A stretch of 64,000 nucleotides of DNA. It comes from a virus. The DNA lies in the IMG/VR virus record IMGVR_UViG_3300021961_000023. One strand, written 5' to 3'. The notes beneath the pieces were generated by a model that saw only the letters and a list, made by a program, of their open reading frames with translations, was not told where the DNA came from and did not search any database. A program made the translations under genes and the position numbers. Positions 58,741 to 64,000 of the stretch are shown here, one piece after another; within the stretch, counting starts at the first letter, position 1; each line of letters opens with the position of its first letter.

Positions 58741-59917
58741 GGTTTCTAAAATAGAAGATACTGTTGATGCCCAACACATTGAGGGAATGACAGTCTTTAA
58801 TACTAAAGTTGTAAATACCAAAAAACAACCAATGTTTTTTGGTGCTCCTCTTGGGATTCAAAGATATGATTCATATAAGTATCCTATCTTTGAAAAACTT
58901 ACAACCCAACAACTTGGATATTTTTGGAGACCTGAAGAAGTCTCCCTTCAAAAAGATCGTGGAGATTATCATACTCTTCGCCCTGAACAGAAGCACATCT
59001 ATACTTCTAACTTGAAGTATCAGATTATGCTTGACTCTGTTCAGGGTAGAGCACCAGCTATGGCATTTCTTCCTTATTGTTCATTGCCAGAACTTGAGGC
59101 ATGTATGGAAGTGTGGGGATTCATGGAAATGATTCATAGTCGTTCATACACATATATCATTAAGAATGTGTATTCAGATCCATCTGAGATCTTTGATACA
59201 ATTATTTCTGATGAACGCATTCTAGAACGTGCTGAAACTGTCACACAATCGTATAACGATTTCATTAGATCTGCACAGGATTATGGGTCTTCCAATCAAT
59301 GGAAACATTATTTGGAGCAAGTTCCTGCGGCTCAGGATACTCTTAAAGAAGTTAAAAGGAAACTTTATAGAGCAGTTGCAAACGTTAATATTCTTGAAGG
59401 TATTCGCTTTTACGTCAGCTTTGCTTGCAGTTTTGCTTTTGGCGAACTCAAGCTTATGGAAGGAAGTGCAAAAATCATCTCACTGATTGCCCGTGATGAG
59501 AATCAGCATCTTGCCATTACTCAAAACATTTTGAATAAATGGAAGGATGGTGATGATCCTGAAATGAAGCAGATTGCTAAAGAAGAGGAAGAGTGGACCT
59601 ACAAAATGTTTGATATCGCTGTAAATGAAGAGAAGAGGTGGGCAGACTATCTCTTTAAAAATGGTAGTATGATTGGACTCAATGACAAACTGTTACAACA
59701 GTATGTTGAATGGATTGCAAACCGTAGACTGAAGGCAATCGGTCTTAAACCTGTTTATGACATTGCTGCAAACAACAATCCTCTTCCCTGGACTCAACAT
59801 TGGATCTCCTCCAAAGGTTTACAAGTGGCACCACAAGAGACAGAAGTAGAGTCCTACGTAGTTGGAGGTATTAAGCAAGATGTTACCAAAAATACTTTCG
59901 CAGGATTCCAACTATGA
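58721..59917 (+). CDS. nrdB: Ribonucleotide reductase class Ia beta subunit
   Basis: FWRPEEV, EMIHSRSY, EGIRFY, RDENQH and APQETE motifs. Confidence 0.97.
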   Translation: MNPVQFKVSKIEDTVDAQHIEGMTVFNTKVVNTKKQPMFFGAPLGIQRYDSYKYPIFEKLTTQQLGYFWRPEEVSLQKDRGDYHTLRPEQKHIYTSNLKYQIMLDSVQGRAPAMAFLPYCSLPELEACMEVWGFMEMIHSRSYTYIIKNVYSDPSEIFDTIISDERILERAETVTQSYNDFIRSAQDYGSSNQWKHYLEQVPAAQDTLKEVKRKLYRAVANVNILEGIRFYVSFACSFAFGELKLMEGSAKIISLIARDENQHLAITQNILNKWKDGDDPEMKQIAKEEEEWTYKMFDIAVNEEKRWADYLFKNGSMIGLNDKLLQQYVEWIANRRLKAIGLKPVYDIAANNNPLPWTQHWISSKGLQVAPQETEVESYVVGGIKQDVTKNTFAGFQL

Positions 59918-60029
59918 TGAATGGTGCGAACAAGAGATCATGAATGCATATAGAGATGCAGCTGAATATGATGATTACTTGTTTGGCGATTATAATCTTC
60001 AAATTGAATGGATGATTGAGGGAGAGTGA
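59880..60029 (+). CDS. Small acidic hypothetical protein overlapping the nrdB 3' end (not in the ORF track)
   Basis: 49-aa ORF MLPKILSQDSNYDEWCEQEIMNAY...; GGAGG about 10 nt upstream. Confidence 0.5.
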   Translation: MLPKILSQDSNYDEWCEQEIMNAYRDAAEYDDYLFGDYNLQIEWMIEGE

Positions 60030-60044
60030 TCTCCCTCTTTTTTT
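60018..60044 (+). terminator. Terminator after the nrd genes
   Basis: GAGGGAGA-GTGA-TCTCCCTC followed by a T-tract. Confidence 0.85.
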
Positions 60045-60076
60045 ATAAATACCTCTATGAGGGAGGTTTTTTTATT

Positions 60077-60430
60077 ATGCGTCCACAGTCAGCAAAAGCA
60101 AAAGGTCGTCGCTTACAGCAGTGGGTAAGAGACAAGTTGACCGAATGCTTGAACATTCATCCAGAGGATATTGAAAGTCGCAGCATGGGTGCTGGTGGAG
60201 AGGATCTCATCATGGCTCGTGCTGCTAGATCAAAGTTTCCTCATAGTATTGAATGTAAAAACGTTGAGAAACTAAATATCTGGGATGCATATGAACAAGC
60301 ATGTGCTAACTCTGGTGACTATGAACCTCTCGTCGTTATTAAAAAGAATGGTAAAAAACCACTAGCAGTGGTAGACGCAGAGTATTTCATCAGTTTATTC
60401 GGAGGAGAAAATGACTCTAGATCTTCATAA
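60077..60430 (+). CDS. Holliday-junction-resolvase-like PD-(D/E)XK nuclease
   Basis: KAKGRRLQ, GEDL and SIECKN motifs; SD GGAGG at 60062-60066. Confidence 0.7.
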   Translation: MRPQSAKAKGRRLQQWVRDKLTECLNIHPEDIESRSMGAGGEDLIMARAARSKFPHSIECKNVEKLNIWDAYEQACANSGDYEPLVVIKKNGKKPLAVVDAEYFISLFGGENDSRSS

Positions 60431-61082
60431 CTTTTTCAAGTTTTATGATGATAGTAATGCGAATCACGTAGCAGCAGTTCAATGGTTAGAGGATAACCTA
60501 CCTGCTGAGTTTCTGGATGATGCAGAGACTGATTGGATTGGAATGTTTAGAACCAAACCACCTACACCAGAGGTTCTTGCAGTTCCTTATTTTAACCAAG
60601 TAGATAACTACAGAGATGCACATAGAACTTGTAACAGTTCATCGTGTGCTATGTGTCTTGCTTTCCTCAAGCCAGGCAGCATCAAAGGCGATGATGAATA
60701 CGTTAAGAAAGTATTTGCGATTGGCGATACTACTGACCATGCGGTACAAACGAAGGTACTTGCAGGTTATGGAGTTAAGTCACACTTTAGTTACAATCTT
60801 TCTTTTGCTGACATTGATAAGAGTCTCGATGCTGGGAAACCTGTTGTTATTGGTATCCTTCACAGGGGTTCTTTATCTGCACCTACTGGTGGGCACATGT
60901 GTGTTGTAATCGGAAAGACACCAGATGGTAAAGGATACTATGTCAATGATCCATATGGATCTTTAAATGATAACTATACAGGTCCAGTAACAAATGGTAA
61001 GAAGACCATTTACACTAAAGCAGTTCTTAAGCATCGTTGGTGCCCAGGTGGCAACGATGGTTGGGGCAGAATTTTCGACTGA
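60411..61082 (+). CDS. Peptidase C39-like (papain-fold) protein, probable cell-wall hydrolase
   Basis: VPYFNQ, catalytic-type CNSSSCAM, GGHM and VNDPYG motifs. Confidence 0.75.
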   Translation: MTLDLHNFFKFYDDSNANHVAAVQWLEDNLPAEFLDDAETDWIGMFRTKPPTPEVLAVPYFNQVDNYRDAHRTCNSSSCAMCLAFLKPGSIKGDDEYVKKVFAIGDTTDHAVQTKVLAGYGVKSHFSYNLSFADIDKSLDAGKPVVIGILHRGSLSAPTGGHMCVVIGKTPDGKGYYVNDPYGSLNDNYTGPVTNGKKTIYTKAVLKHRWCPGGNDGWGRIFD

Positions 61083-61096
61083 TAGGAGAACAAACA

Positions 61097-61771
61097 ATGG
61101 CAAGAATCGATTTACACAACTTCTTCAAGTTTTATGACGAGAAGAATCCTAATCACGTTAAAGCAGTTCAGTGGTTGGAAGATAATCTACCAATCAAATA
61201 TCTTGAAGATAACGTAGATTGGGCAGAGATTTATCGCGGAAAAAAGTCTAGTGCTGCACCAGCATCCGCTGCTGCAGCTGCACCAGCACCTGTAACTGGT
61301 GGTGATGATGTTCCTCAAATGGGCATCAAGTTGATTAAGGAGTTTGAGGGATGTCACTTAAAGGCATATCCTGATCCTCTGACTGGTGGACTTCCAATCA
61401 CAATCGGTTGGGGTTCTACCCGTAAGAAAGATGGATCAGCATTCAAACTTGGTGATACATTAACACAGGCAGAAGCAGATTCACTTCTCATTGAGCAGTG
61501 TAAGAAAGAGTTTCTACCTGCACTTCGTAAAATCCCACACTGGAATGAAATGTCAGATGGAAAAAGAGGGGCTCTTCTCAGCTTTGCTTATAATCTCGGT
61601 GCTGGTTTCTACGGTGGCGATAACTTTAATACTATTACTAAACGCTTGAAGAATAAAGAGTGGGACTTAGTGCCTGATGCTCTTTATCTCTATCGCAATC
61701 CTGGTTCAAATGTTGAGGCAGGATTAGCACGTAGAAGAAAGGCAGAAGGTGAATCCTGGAAGAAGGGATAA
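61097..61771 (+). CDS. GH24 phage lysozyme (endolysin)
   Basis: IKEFEGCHLKAYPD...TIGWG, ALLSFAYNLG and GLARRRKAE motifs; SD AGGAG. Confidence 0.9.
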   Translation: MARIDLHNFFKFYDEKNPNHVKAVQWLEDNLPIKYLEDNVDWAEIYRGKKSSAAPASAAAAAPAPVTGGDDVPQMGIKLIKEFEGCHLKAYPDPLTGGLPITIGWGSTRKKDGSAFKLGDTLTQAEADSLLIEQCKKEFLPALRKIPHWNEMSDGKRGALLSFAYNLGAGFYGGDNFNTITKRLKNKEWDLVPDALYLYRNPGSNVEAGLARRRKAEGESWKKG

Positions 61772-61774
61772 ATA

Positions 61775-61914
61775 GTAACAATCATAACTGATTCTTGATC
61801 TTAACTGATCTGAATCTACATAGTCCGAGTCCTCTAGGACTTGGTGAATACTTTACTTTTTAAACAAACTTCGGTCTGTTTTGTTTAGTACACACTAAGT
61901 CATAGAGGATTCTT
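61775..61914 (+). promoter_or_regulatory. Highly structured 5' leader of the beta-barrel gene
   Basis: Late promoter at 61769-61774; 19/20-bp pairing of 61827-61846 with 61893-61912 covering the SD; cUUCGg hairpin inside. Confidence 0.6.
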
Positions 61915-63870
61915 ATGTCTTACGCTACAAGGGCGCTTGCTGTAGCGTCTGCTCTTTTAATGGGGGCACCAGCAGCAGTTTTAGCACACACCAACTCAAT
62001 CGGATACGTTGGTGATGGAGCAGGTTCAGTTACATTCTGGTATGGTTCTTGGCACCAAGGAACCACATTTACTGAAGGTTCTATGACTCTTCAAGGTGTC
62101 AACGGTAATGCATTTGCACCTACAACTGTCAACTGGACTCTTCTTCAAAATACAACACCAACAGGATTAATACCAGGAACAAACTATTTCCAATCTGACG
62201 GAACTAATCTTGTTCCTTATGGCGATCCAACAGCATTATATGGGATGGCAAGTTATACTTGGCAAGGTGTCACATTTAATAACTTAGGTGCAGGAGATTA
62301 TCAGTTCCAATATAATCCTATTGCACAACCAACGATGGACTGGGATCCATCATCGCAAGTTATTCGCACAGGAACCGTAACTCTTTCTGCTGGTCTTCTT
62401 TCTGGAGATGCTGATGGCGATGGCGTCAACGATTCTACTGGAGCTCCTGTAACACCACCTACTCCACCAACACCAACCGTAGTATCAACTGCCGCTGGTG
62501 CTGATATTGTTACAACCACAACAACCTCTGGAACCAGAACAGTAACCAATAATCCTCATCGTCATGTAATGGGAACTGATGCAAATGGTAATCAAACTGA
62601 ATCTCACTATACTGATACTCAAGTTATTACCATTCCTACAACCACAACAGTTACAACTACAACTCCAACAACTGTTGATACTTACAGTGATGGAAGCACA
62701 GTTACAACAAATGGAACTCCAACATCAACTTCTGTAACCACAGATGATAATGCTGGAACTTCTGTTGTTACACAGGCAACAACACCTGATTGGATAAAGA
62801 CAAGAACCTATGATGTTCAAAGATCTGCTTATGTTCCTGCTGCTGCTCCAACGATTGTCAATACTCCTGCATGGTCAAAATCTGAAGGTAATGGAAAGCA
62901 AAGAGTTGATCTTCATGTAACCACTGAAGTTACAACCCCAACAGTTAGAGCAGTATCAACCACTGCAGTTTATACAAAGGTTTATAGTAATGGTGCTCCT
63001 ACAGTTGTTACAACCGATGCACCAGTAGTTACTTATGAAACCAGTTCAGTATATAATGAATATCATACTTACAGAGATTGGTCTGGACGTATTGATCAAC
63101 TTGAAGTTCTTGATGGTATTAGTAATGCGATGAATGGTTTATTGAACCATGAACCAATCACTAATCATAAGAAGAGATTTAGAGTCTTTGAAAACAATCG
63201 TTTTGCACATTCTTATAATGCTGACGGTTATGAAGCAAAATCTACAGTATTCGGTGGTGGATTTGAATATGACATTACAAAGGGATGGACTGCTGGCGCA
63301 CAATACAATGATCTCTACACAGAACTCTTAGGTGTTGATAGTATTTCACATCTTAAGAGAAAGCACGTTGGAATCTTTAATAGTTTCCATGGTAAAGATG
63401 TAGCACTTGTTACAAATGCAGGTGGTTCTAAGGACAAGTATGATTATGCGAGAACAGTTGAATGGACATTTGGAAACTGGGCAAAGGTAGATGGGCAACA
63501 ATGGTGGATTAATAATAGACTCTATCTCAATAACTCGGGATGGATCAAACCCTTCTTAGGTCACACTGTTCATAATGTTCAAAGAGATGCTTACACCGAA
63601 ACTGGTTCGCCACAATCAGCAAGAAGTGTAGCAGCATTCAATCAAACAACTCATGTTGGTGAAGCAGGTCTCAAGTTAGAGACTCGTTTTGGTGGTAAGA
63701 AAAAAGACCTAATCGGTGTGAGCGTAGAAGGTGCTTATGCAACCGACAACTCTTATGGCGTAGTTGCTGCTGTAGATTATAATCAAGTTGTGTTTGTTGA
63801 GGGTTCTCATGGGGTAAATAACGGAGTTACTAACAACTCTGTTGCAGCAAAGGTAAAATTCAGATTCTGA
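61915..63870 (+). CDS. Secreted autotransporter-like outer-membrane beta-barrel protein
   Basis: Signal peptide ending AVLA; Thr/Pro-rich stalk; amphipathic strands; YTETG motif; terminal KVKFRF. Confidence 0.75.
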   Translation: MSYATRALAVASALLMGAPAAVLAHTNSIGYVGDGAGSVTFWYGSWHQGTTFTEGSMTLQGVNGNAFAPTTVNWTLLQNTTPTGLIPGTNYFQSDGTNLVPYGDPTALYGMASYTWQGVTFNNLGAGDYQFQYNPIAQPTMDWDPSSQVIRTGTVTLSAGLLSGDADGDGVNDSTGAPVTPPTPPTPTVVSTAAGADIVTTTTTSGTRTVTNNPHRHVMGTDANGNQTESHYTDTQVITIPTTTTVTTTTPTTVDTYSDGSTVTTNGTPTSTSVTTDDNAGTSVVTQATTPDWIKTRTYDVQRSAYVPAAAPTIVNTPAWSKSEGNGKQRVDLHVTTEVTTPTVRAVSTTAVYTKVYSNGAPTVVTTDAPVVTYETSSVYNEYHTYRDWSGRIDQLEVLDGISNAMNGLLNHEPITNHKKRFRVFENNRFAHSYNADGYEAKSTVFGGGFEYDITKGWTAGAQYNDLYTELLGVDSISHLKRKHVGIFNSFHGKDVALVTNAGGSKDKYDYARTVEWTFGNWAKVDGQQWWINNRLYLNNSGWIKPFLGHTVHNVQRDAYTETGSPQSARSVAAFNQTTHVGEAGLKLETRFGGKKKDLIGVSVEGAYATDNSYGVVAAVDYNQVVFVEGSHGVNNGVTNNSVAAKVKFRF

Positions 63871-63875
63871 AGTCC

Positions 63876-63904
63876 TTGACAAAACCTAAATATTAACTTA
63901 TTAT
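63876..63904 (+). promoter_or_regulatory. Sigma70-type promoter with a nested late promoter
   Basis: TTGACA-N17-TATTAT; TAAATA at 63887-63892 lies inside the spacer. Confidence 0.6.
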
Positions 63905-63910
63905 GGATAG

Positions 63911-63934
63911 ACCCACCTAGATGGTGGGTTTTTC
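63911..63934 (+). terminator. Terminator-like hairpin after the beta-barrel gene
   Basis: ACCCACC-TAGAT-GGTGGGT followed by a T-tract. Confidence 0.65.
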
Positions 63935-64000
63935 GTTATTAGTCCTTGATGTGACATTTAGAGCCGTGGAAAGTGCCCTTTGAGAAAAGGGTGTACCCCC

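Larger units (their letters stand above)
207..63892 (+). promoter_or_regulatory. Set of gp55-dependent late promoters (TAAATA core)
   Basis: TAAATA cores near gene starts at 207, 5191, 6687, 7455, 9160, 15020, 18013, 19705, 19925, 21163, 23835, 25691, 31942, 34343, 41542, 47833, 48684, 48830, 49957, 51199, 53543, 53928, 60046, 61769 and 63887; matches the T4 late consensus TATAAATA. Confidence 0.8.

Noticed and set aside
41897-59917. Inteins or group I introns in g43, g41, nrdA, nrdB (and g17, g20)
   Set aside because: All are continuous ORFs of ordinary length with no splice-junction motifs evident
60026-60076. Extended N-termini from the ORF track (also 40128, 45371, 61037, 34245, 31974, 54825, 14733)
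   Set aside because: They run through terminators or upstream genes; downstream ATGs have SD sequences or match family N-termini
2400-63331. Numerous 60-180 aa alternative-frame and minus-strand ORFs nested in core genes
   Set aside because: Fully overlapped by well-supported genes, with no motifs or translation signals
1-64000. Alternative genetic code or stop-codon readthrough
   Set aside because: Core genes are full length under the standard code, and TAA, TGA and TAG all act as stops

Overview
A 64-kb, AT-rich segment of a T4-like myovirus genome. Gene order and accessory genes (hsp20, mazG, cobS-like ATPase, 2OG-Fe(II) oxygenase, cytidyltransferase-like protein) point to a T4-like cyanophage; the host is inferred, and there are no photosynthesis genes in this window. 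Essentially all real genes are on the + strand. Order: virion module (g13-g16, an accessory island, g17-g23, g3), then recombination, late sigma factor and replication genes (uvsY, uvsW, g55, g47, g46, vWA/MoxR pair, g45, g44, HNH, dam, g62, regA, hsp20, g43, uvsX, g41, mazG). After that come a late-promoter island with tRNA-Ala, then g61, nrdA, nrdB, a resolvase-like nuclease, two cell-wall enzymes and an outer-membrane beta-barrel protein. The most notable unexplained signals are four. (1) A dispersed set of late genes carrying T4-like capsid-targeting N-termini and/or strings of small basic or Cys-rich modules joined by prohead-protease-type xxE linkers; these are candidate capsid-packaged polyproteins and include a tagged nucleotidyltransferase. 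(2) A two-state RNA leader that can bury the ribosome-binding site of the beta-barrel gene in a 19/20-bp helix. (3) Two different lytic enzymes sharing one N-terminal domain. (4) Several compact regulatory devices: a ROSE-like hsp20 leader, an SD-sequestering hairpin bypassed by a late promoter, and overlapping divergent promoters at g55. All product calls come from motif recognition and synteny; no database searches were run.
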